From the NCBI GenBank assembly GCA_965222115.1, contig CBDCTJ010000003.1:384001-448000 (forward strand): DNA of 64,000 nt, read 5' to 3'. The notes beneath the pieces were generated by a model. The model was not told the origin of the DNA and did no database searches. It saw only the letters and a list, made by a program, of their open reading frames with translations. Origin of the DNA: Planctomycetota bacterium. Its GTDB lineage: Bacteria > Planctomycetota > PLA2 > JAEUHO01. Numbering within the stretch: position 1 is the stretch's first letter; each line of letters starts with the position of its first letter. The position numbers were made by a program, and so were the translations under genes. Shown one piece after another: positions 10,966 to 20,760 of the stretch.

Positions 10966-11058
10966 GGTCTCTCCTGGGGGGCTACCCAAGAGAGCGGATT
11001 CGCGAAACGGTTGCTACGTAGCGGGGTGATTTTTGTGATCTGCGCTACGCTGCGGTCC

Positions 11059-11697
11059 ATGAATGGCGAAGGCACGGATCCTCACACGCGCTCAAGCAAC
11101 CAAGATTTGACACAAACACTGGCCTTGGTGAGAAGGGCGCAGGACGCCGACGCAATTGCTCGCGAGCAACTCTTCGTTCACATTCGACCCCGTCTGGAGG
11201 CGTGGATCGCGAGCCGCGTGGGGCCCCGCCTGCGAACGCGCCTCGATGTCGAGGATTTGTTCCAAGAGATCTGCATGAGCGCCCACACGGCCCTCGACAG
11301 CTTTTCGCCGGATGGCAATGAGGCCGCATTTTGGCGTTGGATAACGACCATTGCCCATAACCGCATCCGCGACGCGCACCGCTACCATGTGGGCGCCCAG
11401 AAACGCAGCGCAGAGGCCGAACAGCGGCTCGAACACCAGTTAACGAGTTCGTGGACGTCGCCGAGCTTGCGCGCCGTTCGTCGAGACCAACATGAACGTC
11501 TGTTGTTGGCCATTGCACGTCTCGATGAACCGCATCGCGACGTCTTGCGCGTCGTCGAGTTCGAACACCATAGCTACAAAGAGGCAGCGTCGATCTTGGG
11601 CATCTCGGCCTCCAATGTGAGTGCTCGTTTGACGCGCGCCCGCACAAAACTCGGCGAGTTGATACGCAAGTCGCCCGACGACTGGACGCGTGCATAG
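11059..11697 (+). CDS. ECF RNA polymerase sigma factor (kinase-associated type)
   Basis: Sigma2 DVEDLFQE...FWRWITTIAHNRIRD; sigma4 SYKEAASILGISASNVSARLTRAR; stop overlaps the next start. Confidence 0.9.
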   Translation: MNGEGTDPHTRSSNQDLTQTLALVRRAQDADAIAREQLFVHIRPRLEAWIASRVGPRLRTRLDVEDLFQEICMSAHTALDSFSPDGNEAAFWRWITTIAHNRIRDAHRYHVGAQKRSAEAEQRLEHQLTSSWTSPSLRAVRRDQHERLLLAIARLDEPHRDVLRVVEFEHHSYKEAASILGISASNVSARLTRARTKLGELIRKSPDDWTRA

Positions 11698-14240
11698 TGA
11701 CACTTGGCGATAGCGATCATGATGCCCCCGAGCGGATCCTTCATGAGTTCTTAGAGACTCACGGGCTCCGCGATGACGACGCGTGGCACGCGCTCTTGAC
11801 GTCGCATCCGCAACACGCCGATGCACTTAAGCAACTTGGCGATGCGCTGCGTGCCGCGGACGACGCGCTGGAGGGTTTGCGTGCTCCATTGAACACAGTG
11901 CGCGAGGATCCCGACGCGGCACTGCTCGATGCGTTCGCAGGCGATGTGCCGGACCACGCGGCCACATTCGAAGAGGTCGCGAGCATGACAAGGGAAGCGC
12001 ATCATGGGGTCGCATCCGGGCCCCATGCTTCGCACACATTGGAACGCTGCCCTCGATCCATGGAGGAGCGCGCGTTTCTCGAACAAACACGAACCATTGC
12101 ACGCCTGCAGCATCCGTCCATTGCGCCCGTCCACGATCTTGTGCGCGACGAGGACGGACGCCTTGCCCGTCTGAGATCCTTTCCGCCATCAACGTCTCTT
12201 CACGAGTTGCTGAAGGATTCGAAGAGGGAATTGCGCTTTGATCGACGGCGCCTCATCGAAATCCTGTCGAAATGCGCGCGTGTTCTCGCGTTTGCTCATG
12301 AACACGGAGTTGCACACGGTCATCTTGATACGGACAACATCGCCGCGGGCGCCGGTGGGGAACCCTACGTGTTGGGGTGGCAGAATGCCATCGCCCAAGG
12401 TGAACCCGATTATCCCGCTGCGGCGCGCGCAGATATGTCCGCAATTGGTACATTGATCCAAGCCGTAACTTCACGTTTCGGGACAAACGACGCACTGGAC
12501 GCCATTGCGGACGCGTGTGGCGACGGTACGACGTACGCGCGAGCCACGGGCATCGCGGATGACTTAGACGCGTATCGTGAACACCGTCCCCTCAAGGCCT
12601 CGCCCCCTACGGCATGGCGACGACTGGTTCTTACGGCACGACGACACCCGGCCATTGCTACAGCCGTAGGCGCCACGTTGCTTGCAGGTGCGGGTCTGCT
12701 GATGACTCATCTCATTGAGATGAGTCAGGAGATCAAGGCTGCGCAAATAGCTCAGCTGGCAGCACGGAATGAAACCGTGATCGCTGAAGAGAAATCTGAC
12801 TTGGCGCTTGCCCTTGCGCTTGAGCAAGAGGCGCCAACCCTATGGCCGCCGGATCCCGGTACGCTGCCAAAGTACAATGCATGGCTTGAAGACTGCGCAA
12901 GACTTGAGTCGCGTGTGCCCCTGCTACGTTCACGATTGAATCAAGCGCCCAAGGTGGCGACGCGGTCATTCGATACGAGCCAACCTCTACCCCGCACCCG
13001 TTCCATCCACCGCGCCGTACGCAGAATCTCAGTCTGCGAGAATGACATTCGCACGTTAACACTGACACTCAACGCGACGAAGGCGTCTACCGAAGACAAG
13101 CCGATTCGCAAGGCGATCGCGCACGAACTTGAGGAACGAAAGCAGAGGCGTGCAGAGTTGAAAAATGAGCTACGCGCCGCACAGATTCGCGCGCGCGTCG
13201 ATCGAGACGATCGATGGGCGCGTATTGCCTCCATCATCTACCGCATTGAACGTCTAACGCGTGGCGAGCGCTCCGCCAAACGGGTCATTGACGCCCGCCG
13301 CGACCTTGCTGAGAACGTTGCACGTCGCTATGAAAAACCAAGCGACGCATGGCGTCTTGCACAAGACCAGATTCGAGCCGACGCGCGATTCGGCATGTTG
13401 ATCGACGTCCAGCCCGACCTCGTTCCATTGGGCATGGATCGCGCGTCACGCCTCCAAGAATTCGCGTTCTTGCCATCGGGGTCGATTCCGCGGCGCGATG
13501 CAAATGGAGACCTACACTACAAAGACGATGCAGCAATCGTTTTCGTGCTGATTCCGGGCGGTACAACGTGGATTGGCGCACAGTCAGAGAACCCGAAGGG
13601 TAGGAATTACGATCCACAGGCAGTTCCTAACGAAGGGCCGCCTCATGAAGCGCCCATCGATCCCATCTTTATCGCCAAGCATGAGTGTACGGCCGCGCAA
13701 TGGAATCGGCTTCGCTCGCGCTGCCTCCCCATCGACGAAGAGCGCGAGATAGAGAAGACGATCGGTGAGGCTGCGCCGCGAGAGCCCCGTCGAAATCGCG
13801 AGCACACCGCAGTCAAAGAGATGTTGTCGCGCTACGCACTCCGAATGCCCTACGAGTGGGAGTGGGAGCATGCGGCCCGCGCGGGTGGAACGGGTCTCTG
13901 GCCCTGGCCCGGCGACGCCACGCACGCGCCGAGATACACGCAAGTCGGTAGCGGCGCCGTCTTGGCCGAAGTGGGACTGTATGCGCCAAATGGTTTCGGA
14001 CTCCACGATTTGGGAGGCAACGCTGCGGAGCTGATGGAAGGCTATGGGGGAGCATACGAATCGATCTTCTTCGTACGCCGATGGATATCGAACACACGCA
14101 CAGTTCGTGGTCGGTACCTCGGTCGGCCCATTGAGCACGCCCGCGTCACGCATCGCTGGGATGTGCCAATCACATTCTCTTCACCGTGGCTGGGGTTTCG
14201 ACCCGCGCGACCCGTGTATCGGCTGAAGAAGTACCCGTGA
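11697..14240 (+). CDS. Degenerate Ser/Thr kinase (pseudokinase) - TM - coiled region - FGE/SUMF1 (CLec-fold) domain protein
   Basis: Kinase remnants ARLQHPSIAPVHD and AFAHEHGVAHGHLDTDNI, but no Gly loop, VAxK, HRD or DFG. C-terminal FGE motifs VLIPGG, LRMPYEWEWEHAARAG, PNGFGLHDLGGNAAE, LGFRPAR. Confidence 0.8.
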   Translation: MTLGDSDHDAPERILHEFLETHGLRDDDAWHALLTSHPQHADALKQLGDALRAADDALEGLRAPLNTVREDPDAALLDAFAGDVPDHAATFEEVASMTREAHHGVASGPHASHTLERCPRSMEERAFLEQTRTIARLQHPSIAPVHDLVRDEDGRLARLRSFPPSTSLHELLKDSKRELRFDRRRLIEILSKCARVLAFAHEHGVAHGHLDTDNIAAGAGGEPYVLGWQNAIAQGEPDYPAAARADMSAIGTLIQAVTSRFGTNDALDAIADACGDGTTYARATGIADDLDAYREHRPLKASPPTAWRRLVLTARRHPAIATAVGATLLAGAGLLMTHLIEMSQEIKAAQIAQLAARNETVIAEEKSDLALALALEQEAPTLWPPDPGTLPKYNAWLEDCARLESRVPLLRSRLNQAPKVATRSFDTSQPLPRTRSIHRAVRRISVCENDIRTLTLTLNATKASTEDKPIRKAIAHELEERKQRRAELKNELRAAQIRARVDRDDRWARIASIIYRIERLTRGERSAKRVIDARRDLAENVARRYEKPSDAWRLAQDQIRADARFGMLIDVQPDLVPLGMDRASRLQEFAFLPSGSIPRRDANGDLHYKDDAAIVFVLIPGGTTWIGAQSENPKGRNYDPQAVPNEGPPHEAPIDPIFIAKHECTAAQWNRLRSRCLPIDEEREIEKTIGEAAPREPRRNREHTAVKEMLSRYALRMPYEWEWEHAARAGGTGLWPWPGDATHAPRYTQVGSGAVLAEVGLYAPNGFGLHDLGGNAAELMEGYGGAYESIFFVRRWISNTRTVRGRYLGRPIEHARVTHRWDVPITFSSPWLGFRPARPVYRLKKYP

Positions 14241-14251
14241 GGCGTCCGTCG

Positions 14252-16867
14252 ATGTCGCAGGAATCAGTACTCAGATATCGCTTCGTCGAACCACTCGGCC
14301 GTGGCGGCATGGGCGTTGTAGTGAAGTCGTGGGATCGCTACTTGGATCGAGCGGTTGCCGTGAAACTGCTGCGCGCTCGACCGGGAGCCACTCCCGTCGA
14401 TGACGAGTGCATTGCTCGATTTTCGCGTGAATCTAGTATCGGAGCGTCGTTGTCGCATGGCGGCATTGTGCCCATCTACGAGGTCGGAACCACAGAGAGC
14501 GGCACGCGGTTCTTTACGATGCCCGTGATCCAGGGTGACGAACTCAAAGCCCTCATTCGCCGCGCCCATGAGCCGCCTCGTACGCCACGTCAACGCAGAC
14601 GAGTGATTCAGCACATTGTGGAGGCGTGTGACATCGTTCACTACGCACACACGCAAGGAGTCATTCACCGCGATCTCAAGCCTTCCAACATCATGGTGGA
14701 TGAGGTCGGTCGCGTCTATGTCGTAGATTGGGGAGTAGCGAGGGGATTGGGAGAGCCGGAGGAGCAGGCAAGCCCCGTTGAACGCGCTTCGCACGAGCGA
14801 TCGACCGAAACGCTTGTTACCGAAGATGGATGCGCCCTTGGAACACCCTCCTACATGCCTCCCGAGCAAGCACTCGGCGAATCCGTGACGCCCCAAGCCG
14901 ACGTCTACGCGCTGGGCGCCGTGCTGTATCACGCCCTGACCAACCGAATGCCCTATCGAGATCCAACGCGACCAACGACGCAAGGCGAGATTCTGGGCAA
15001 ACTGATCAAAGGGCCGCCAACCGACATATGGGAACTTGCGCCGGACACGCCAAAGGCATTGGTTCAAATCGTCGAATTGGCTATGGCGCGTGAGCCGACC
15101 GGTCGCTACGGCAGTGCCGCGGCCATGGCCGGAGACTTGCGAGCGTACTTGGAAGGGCTTCCCGTTGCTGCGGCACGACCCTCGATTTGGCGCCGAACGA
15201 AGCTCATGGCTCGTCGGCATCGTACGGTCGCAGGCGCAGTCATGGGCGGGGCGATAGTACTCGGGCTTCTCTGGCTGGTGCTTGGCACTGTGCTTGACAA
15301 CGCGCAACGTCGGTCAGCCACTGCACAGGTTCGGCTGGCACGGGCAATCGACAGAGAGAAAGAATCGGCGATTCTGTCAAGCGCCAACGCACTCCGCGCG
15401 AGTTTAGACGAGTGTATCCCACTCTCGAAGGTGCACCTCACGGCATTGCGTGAACTCAAGGACAGGGCCAAAGCGGTCAACGAACGTAGAAGACCCTATG
15501 CGGAAGAACTCGAAACCCTCAAGGCAACGTCGCTCCCGCTCGATGCCGCGCAACGGAATTGGCACAATCGCGCGGACGTTGAAGACGCTCGCTTGGAGTC
15601 AATGTACGTGTCCTGGGTTCGGACGGAATATGACAAGATGCACGAAGAGGGAGTGATCGACCCCCGCATTGAGGAACTATTCTCAAAGACTCCTATTGAG
15701 CGATACGAGGAGGGCGTTGTCGCTCGGGCAGCCGACCTGAAAGCGAAACGCAGCGTATGGCGCTATGCTTTACCGCGTGACGGAGTGAGGCATCGCCAGC
15801 TTGAAGGGGCCCTCCGTCCCGACATAAGCAAAATCATGGCGGATATCCAACTGAGCATTGCTCGAATTAATGAACGAAAACGCGCAATGCCGGAGACCTC
15901 AACAAGCCGTTGGCGAACATGCCGGGCGAGCATTCGTAGCAACACTCGATATCGTGGTATCGAAATCCCCATACAAGAGAGTCTTTTCCCTTTAGGCGCC
16001 GATCCAAGCTCAGGATTGCATGAATTCGTGGATGTTTCGACAGGCAGTGTTCCGAAGCGGAACGAAGAGGGATCGCTGGTTCTTGAAGACGATACGGGGA
16101 TTGTGTTCGTCTTGGTCCCCGGCGCCGCGCGTACTGACGTTGGCGTATCGCGCCAAATCTGGGAAAGCAAGCTGGGCTCAGTCTCCCACGTAGGCCCGTT
16201 GCGTCCTGTCGCCATCGAGCCCTTCTTTCTTGCCAAGGGTGAGTGCACGATAGCTCAGTGGGAACGAATGGGTGGAGAGCTTGGCATGCGTTGGGAAGAG
16301 ATGCAGGAACCTCGCTGTGGGACCAATATCACAAAGCGATTCCCCATGTGCCATGTCTCATTCAATGGCATACAGCGCGCCTTGGAAACGTTTGGCATGC
16401 GTTTGCCCACGGCACACGAGTGGGAATATGCCGCGCGAGCGGGCATGCAGTCCCTCTACCCGGGTGGAGAATCGCATCATGCATTGAAGGGCGCCGCCAA
16501 TGTCGCGGACCAGTCCTTTGCAGAATGCCACAAGGAGGAGTCCAATCGAATCAGCGAGTCGCTCGCTAACTGGAATGACGGGTACGGCGCCGAGTCGCCC
16601 GGTGGGTCGTTTCTTCCAAATGCGTTCGGCCTACACGACATGATTGGGAACGTCGAGGAGTGGGCGTCTGCTGAATGCACATTGTTTACATGGCCAAGTG
16701 GGTCCACGGATTGGTCTACGCTTCCGAAATCGTGGGGCGTTGTCCGAGGCTCAAGTTGGTACTATCCGCCTAATCATGGGTATTTCGCAGCCCAGCGCAT
16801 CGAGCCCCCAAACACCTACCTCATGCAACTCGGCTTCCGCGCTGCGCGCAGCATTGACTGGAAGTAG
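14252..16867 (+). CDS. Ser/Thr protein kinase - TM - FGE/SUMF1 domain protein
   Basis: LGRGGMG, VAVK, HRDLKPSN, DWG, GTPSYMPPE, DVYALG; C-terminal RLPTAHEWEYAARAG, PNAFGLHDMIGNVEEW, LGFRAAR. Confidence 0.92.
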   Translation: MSQESVLRYRFVEPLGRGGMGVVVKSWDRYLDRAVAVKLLRARPGATPVDDECIARFSRESSIGASLSHGGIVPIYEVGTTESGTRFFTMPVIQGDELKALIRRAHEPPRTPRQRRRVIQHIVEACDIVHYAHTQGVIHRDLKPSNIMVDEVGRVYVVDWGVARGLGEPEEQASPVERASHERSTETLVTEDGCALGTPSYMPPEQALGESVTPQADVYALGAVLYHALTNRMPYRDPTRPTTQGEILGKLIKGPPTDIWELAPDTPKALVQIVELAMAREPTGRYGSAAAMAGDLRAYLEGLPVAAARPSIWRRTKLMARRHRTVAGAVMGGAIVLGLLWLVLGTVLDNAQRRSATAQVRLARAIDREKESAILSSANALRASLDECIPLSKVHLTALRELKDRAKAVNERRRPYAEELETLKATSLPLDAAQRNWHNRADVEDARLESMYVSWVRTEYDKMHEEGVIDPRIEELFSKTPIERYEEGVVARAADLKAKRSVWRYALPRDGVRHRQLEGALRPDISKIMADIQLSIARINERKRAMPETSTSRWRTCRASIRSNTRYRGIEIPIQESLFPLGADPSSGLHEFVDVSTGSVPKRNEEGSLVLEDDTGIVFVLVPGAARTDVGVSRQIWESKLGSVSHVGPLRPVAIEPFFLAKGECTIAQWERMGGELGMRWEEMQEPRCGTNITKRFPMCHVSFNGIQRALETFGMRLPTAHEWEYAARAGMQSLYPGGESHHALKGAANVADQSFAECHKEESNRISESLANWNDGYGAESPGGSFLPNAFGLHDMIGNVEEWASAECTLFTWPSGSTDWSTLPKSWGVVRGSSWYYPPNHGYFAAQRIEPPNTYLMQLGFRAARSIDWK

Positions 16868-16873
16868 CGATGG

Positions 16874-17416
16874 CTATGTGCCTTTCGTTTTCGCATCATC
16901 GGACTTTAGGATGTCCAACACGTCAGAGAGTGAGCGCTTGGAGTCAAAGAACTCGGGAATGAAGCGGCGCACTGCCGATGCCTGTCCCTCACTCATTGAT
17001 TCGCGAGCAATCTTCAGAACCAACTCGTTCGCCTTGTGGAGTGCCTTGTAGCGCCGCGATCGAATCTGCGCCAATCGAAGTTCGCCGTACATGCGCGTTT
17101 GGCCCATCACCATGCGATCCGTATTGCGCCGCATGAAGCCAAAGCCGCCAAGTCCCGGAATGATGTTCTCAATGCGATAGGGACTATGGACCGCCGCCAT
17201 GGCGCTCCTTGTTTCGTCGATAACGGCCCGCATGGCCCGTTCGGCACTGTCGGCTTCTGCGAAATGGGCTTTCACCCGTTCGTCTTCGGCCGCCTCGTCG
17301 ATCGCGGTCTGAGCAAGTGCGACAGCTTCGGCACGCGTAGAAGGCGCATCGCCGCAGCCCTGTGCCACGAACGTGACACCGGTGAGCAACACCAGGGAAA
17401 TGAATCGTTGAACCAT
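16874..17416 (-). CDS. Hypothetical lipoprotein
   Basis: Signal peptide with lipobox VAQG-C; AGCGGAGG SD; helical mature region. Confidence 0.65.
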   Translation of the reverse strand: MVQRFISLVLLTGVTFVAQGCGDAPSTRAEAVALAQTAIDEAAEDERVKAHFAEADSAERAMRAVIDETRSAMAAVHSPYRIENIIPGLGGFGFMRRNTDRMVMGQTRMYGELRLAQIRSRRYKALHKANELVLKIARESMSEGQASAVRRFIPEFFDSKRSLSDVLDILKSDDAKTKGT

Positions 17417-17472
17417 GATCTGTCCTCCGCTTCCTTGAGCGGATTCGGCCGTCCGTTGCTACAAGAATTCTC

Positions 17473-17514
17473 GGGCATCTTCGTCCCGGGTTTGGGCATC
17501 TTCGCCCCGGGTTA
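17473..17514. repeat. 21-bp tandem duplication
   Basis: gggcatcttcgtcccgggttt followed by gggcatcttcgccccgggtta; the second copy includes the stop codon of the upstream lipoprotein gene. Confidence 0.8.
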
Positions 17515-17952
17515 GTTGGGGCGCAGCCCTCCAGGGGAGGCCAACCGAGCCAGAATTGCGTTGATCTCTCGTCGGCGCGCTGCGTTATTCGTAATCGCCG
17601 GTCGAAATGCATCCACCATCGCGGTCACGCCCGTGCGTTCATTGAGTTTCATCAGTTCTGCGGCGGGCGGGTCGAGTTGATCGAGCAAATGCAGCAGATC
17701 ATTCAAGACGGGCCTGAGCGTGGCAGGATCGACGACGCCGCGTCGCGCCAGCTCGTAGTAGTCGTCCTGCCTCTTGTAAAACGACTTCCCCAGCTTGGCG
17801 TAGACCTCGGACACACGCTCAATCTCGGCTTTCAATGCAAGTGCTTCTGCTTCCGTCTTGGGCGGACCGACTGGCACGTCGGACGACTTGGAGCAGGACG
17901 CAATCACCAAGAGTGCAAGTAGAGTCGCGATTGGCAAGCCGTTGCGTATCAC
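17512..17952 (-). CDS. Hypothetical lipoprotein
   Basis: GTG start overlapping the CHAT gene stop (GTGA); MIRNGLPIATLLALLVIAS-C lipobox; helical mature part. Confidence 0.7.
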   Translation of the reverse strand: MIRNGLPIATLLALLVIASCSKSSDVPVGPPKTEAEALALKAEIERVSEVYAKLGKSFYKRQDDYYELARRGVVDPATLRPVLNDLLHLLDQLDPPAAELMKLNERTGVTAMVDAFRPAITNNAARRREINAILARLASPGGLRPN

Positions 17953-20738
17953 TTTGTTTCCCCCGTATTCGTTTCGCCGGGGTGCGGAACACCCCAAACC
18001 TGCCAACCGGCCCAATGATCCGGATCGCGAAATGCGGCACTTGATGCAAGCTCCTGCTTCGCACGTCGCAGCGCCTGCATAAGCGGTTCACCCGCCCCTT
18101 GCTTCGGATTCCATCGGCGATAAAACGCCGTCATGAACGCTTGCGTCGCTTGGTCGTCTACCGGCCAAAGGCTCGCAATGACAGCGCGTGCACCGGCCGA
18201 CAAGAAGCCGCGAGCGAGGGACAGGCTTCCTTCGGAGCGTGACAGTTGCCCGATTCCACTCTGACACGCCGAGAGCACGACGAGGTCGGTCCGAATGGGA
18301 ATCCGTTCAATCTCCTCCATCGTCAATCGCCCGTCGTCATGCCCGCTCGGCGAGAGTCGCAGCGCCGAACGCTGCGGTACGTAGTCATCGAGGTCGCCAT
18401 GGGCGGCGATGTGAATCGCACGCCATCCTGGTTTCTCACTCGCCGCACGTCGGTAGGCCTCCTCCGTTGCACTCGCTCGCACATGGACCTTGGTTCCGAT
18501 GGCGCGGGCTTCGTCGCCCGACGCACGCAGTCTCGCCAAAGACGTGTCGGCGCTGTAGTCCGGGTCGGCGAGGGCAACAACGCGCCTGCCGCCGACGCGC
18601 TTTCGCGCGAGCAGTTCTTGGAGTATGGCGAACGACGGAACGATCGAGACCGTTCGACGACCCAAGTACTCCGCAATCGGCATATGCGCGGTCACCCCTG
18701 TCGTAGATACATAGATATGGGTCGTGACGGGGTCAAGGGCAAGAGCGGCATCGAAACGCGTGCGGTAGGTGTCTCTCAATACGTTCCATGCATTCGGATG
18801 CTCTTGCTCGGCAAACGCCCTCTGCGCCGCATTGAGTTTCTCCACGGCGCCCAGGGTCACCAGACGCGCGTGTTTCCCGCTTACAACGAGTGCCAGCACG
18901 GTGTCGTCAAATACGTGGATGGACATCCACGCGCGATGGGCGGGGAGCAATCGACGGGCCTCGCGGAGGCGTTTCACACGGGGCTTGAATGTCCGCCCGC
19001 CGCGCAACGCGCTGCGCCTCACCGCCACGGCCTCGTGTAACGCCTGTCTCGCGGCTTCGACCTCCGGCATCGCATTCGACTCAAACGCTTGAAGCAGACG
19101 CCGACGCGCACGTCGAATCGCCGCGTCATGCTTGTAACGAGCATGTGCATCCCCGTGTGATTCATGTGCAGGGACGCGGTGATGGCGTGCCAGGGAATTG
19201 AGCAGCACACGTGCACGGCCTTCTTCGGCAAAACGAAAGAACGCGTCGGCATTCTTTGATGCGAACGCAGCGCGCATGCCTAAGTCCAATACGCTCTGAT
19301 CGCTGTCCCGTACGCGAATGACGTCCAGCGGCGCGAGATCGTTTGAACGATCATCGAGATACGGCACGGCTTCGTGCACAGATGCGATGGCGCCGGCATG
19401 GTCGCCTTGACTCAACTGCGCCGTTGCACGGCCACGTAGCGCAGCCACAATCATGCGCGGATTGTGCAGCTCGGTTGCAAGGGCGTGCGCACGCGTTAGA
19501 GACTGAATCGATGCGCGATGATCGTCCTTCGCGTGCTGTGCACCCGCCAGGGTGAGCAGGGCGACGAGTTCGTCCATCCGCAGCCGGAGCTTCCGTGATC
19601 GTGCCAAGTTCTCCGTTGCCAGTTGAGCCGCCAAATCAAACCGGTCCGATTTGAGCATGAGATCGGCCACATTCCCACGGACGACCATCTCCTGTTCGAC
19701 GTCGTTGATGGCCTGGGCGCGCGCTGCAATGGACGTTAGGCGTGAAACGAGCTCGTCACTCTTGTTGCCGTCCGCAATGTCAATATTCGCGAGATCCAGA
19801 TCGATCGCGAGAAGCTCCGAGGGCGCGCTTGCCCCGACGAGCTCCCGTTTCGCCACCATAACGTAGCTTCGCGCCTGCGACAGGTCTCGTAGTCGCCACG
19901 CAAGAACGCCAAGTTCCCGCACCGATTGTGCCGCGTGGAGCACGAATCCATGCTGGCGTTGAATCTCACGGGCACGCAGGAGACGCCGTTTTGCCCGACC
20001 ATAGTCACCCGACGTGATGTCGAGACGACCAAGTGCCGCCAGCGTATTGGCATACCCACGGGGGTCGCCGTGCTCACTGCGCATGGACAGGGATTCACCA
20101 AAGTGTTTGCGCGCCCTGGCAATATCTCCTTGCTGTGCATGCAACATGCCGAGATTTTGGTGCGCCTTCATGACGCCGGGGCGCATAAACGCTTCTCCAT
20201 AACTCTTGGCAGCGGCAGGCGCCCTTTCGAGTACGCGCTTCATCGAAGCAATCGCCTTTCGATCTTCGCCTAAGAGGTCGTAGGCCAGGCCTCGATTGAG
20301 TTCGAGCATGAGCAGCGCACGCCCGTGATCTACATTTTGAAACAAGCGCTCCGCCTCGGCATAAAGCGAAAATGTTTGCTCACGCAGCCGTAGGCGAGAC
20401 GCGACGTTTGCCGCGGACATGAGCGCGATCGCACGCGCCTGATCGTCCTTACGCTCCGCATGAATCTCAGCTTCACGTTGAAAATGGTTGAGCGAACACT
20501 CAAATCGCCCCAGATTTACACACGATCGTGCCTTCGCAGCGTGCATCGCCGCCGACTCATCTAACTCGCCGCGTTTGTAAAGCGCTTCGGCAATATCTAC
20601 ATCCTCGACCACCTGCTTTGCAGGATTCCGTGCCTCGTCTTCGGAAGCGCCACCTTGTGCGCGACTCTGCCACCATCCGAACACCAGAAGCGAAACGATT
20701 CCTGCAGTAAGTGCTAGTGCGCTGCGCTTGTTCATCAT
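17949..20738 (-). CDS. Exported TPR-repeat CHAT-domain (caspase-like) protease
   Basis: N-terminal signal/TM, many TPR-like helices (NLGMLH..GD..A), AEEGRARVLL, CHAT catalytic motifs IHIAAHG and LVVLSACQSG, VIASLWPVDD, HWAGW. Confidence 0.9.
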   Translation of the reverse strand: MMNKRSALALTAGIVSLLVFGWWQSRAQGGASEDEARNPAKQVVEDVDIAEALYKRGELDESAAMHAAKARSCVNLGRFECSLNHFQREAEIHAERKDDQARAIALMSAANVASRLRLREQTFSLYAEAERLFQNVDHGRALLMLELNRGLAYDLLGEDRKAIASMKRVLERAPAAAKSYGEAFMRPGVMKAHQNLGMLHAQQGDIARARKHFGESLSMRSEHGDPRGYANTLAALGRLDITSGDYGRAKRRLLRAREIQRQHGFVLHAAQSVRELGVLAWRLRDLSQARSYVMVAKRELVGASAPSELLAIDLDLANIDIADGNKSDELVSRLTSIAARAQAINDVEQEMVVRGNVADLMLKSDRFDLAAQLATENLARSRKLRLRMDELVALLTLAGAQHAKDDHRASIQSLTRAHALATELHNPRMIVAALRGRATAQLSQGDHAGAIASVHEAVPYLDDRSNDLAPLDVIRVRDSDQSVLDLGMRAAFASKNADAFFRFAEEGRARVLLNSLARHHRVPAHESHGDAHARYKHDAAIRRARRRLLQAFESNAMPEVEAARQALHEAVAVRRSALRGGRTFKPRVKRLREARRLLPAHRAWMSIHVFDDTVLALVVSGKHARLVTLGAVEKLNAAQRAFAEQEHPNAWNVLRDTYRTRFDAALALDPVTTHIYVSTTGVTAHMPIAEYLGRRTVSIVPSFAILQELLARKRVGGRRVVALADPDYSADTSLARLRASGDEARAIGTKVHVRASATEEAYRRAASEKPGWRAIHIAAHGDLDDYVPQRSALRLSPSGHDDGRLTMEEIERIPIRTDLVVLSACQSGIGQLSRSEGSLSLARGFLSAGARAVIASLWPVDDQATQAFMTAFYRRWNPKQGAGEPLMQALRRAKQELASSAAFRDPDHWAGWQVWGVPHPGETNTGETK

Positions 20739-20760
20739 GGACTCCGTTCGTGTTGGATTT

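Noticed and set aside
13500-16867. Diversity-generating retroelement targeting the FGE/CLec C-termini
   Set aside because: No reverse transcriptase, avd or template repeat in the window, and I found no near-identical copy of either 3' end. A remote DGR cannot be excluded.
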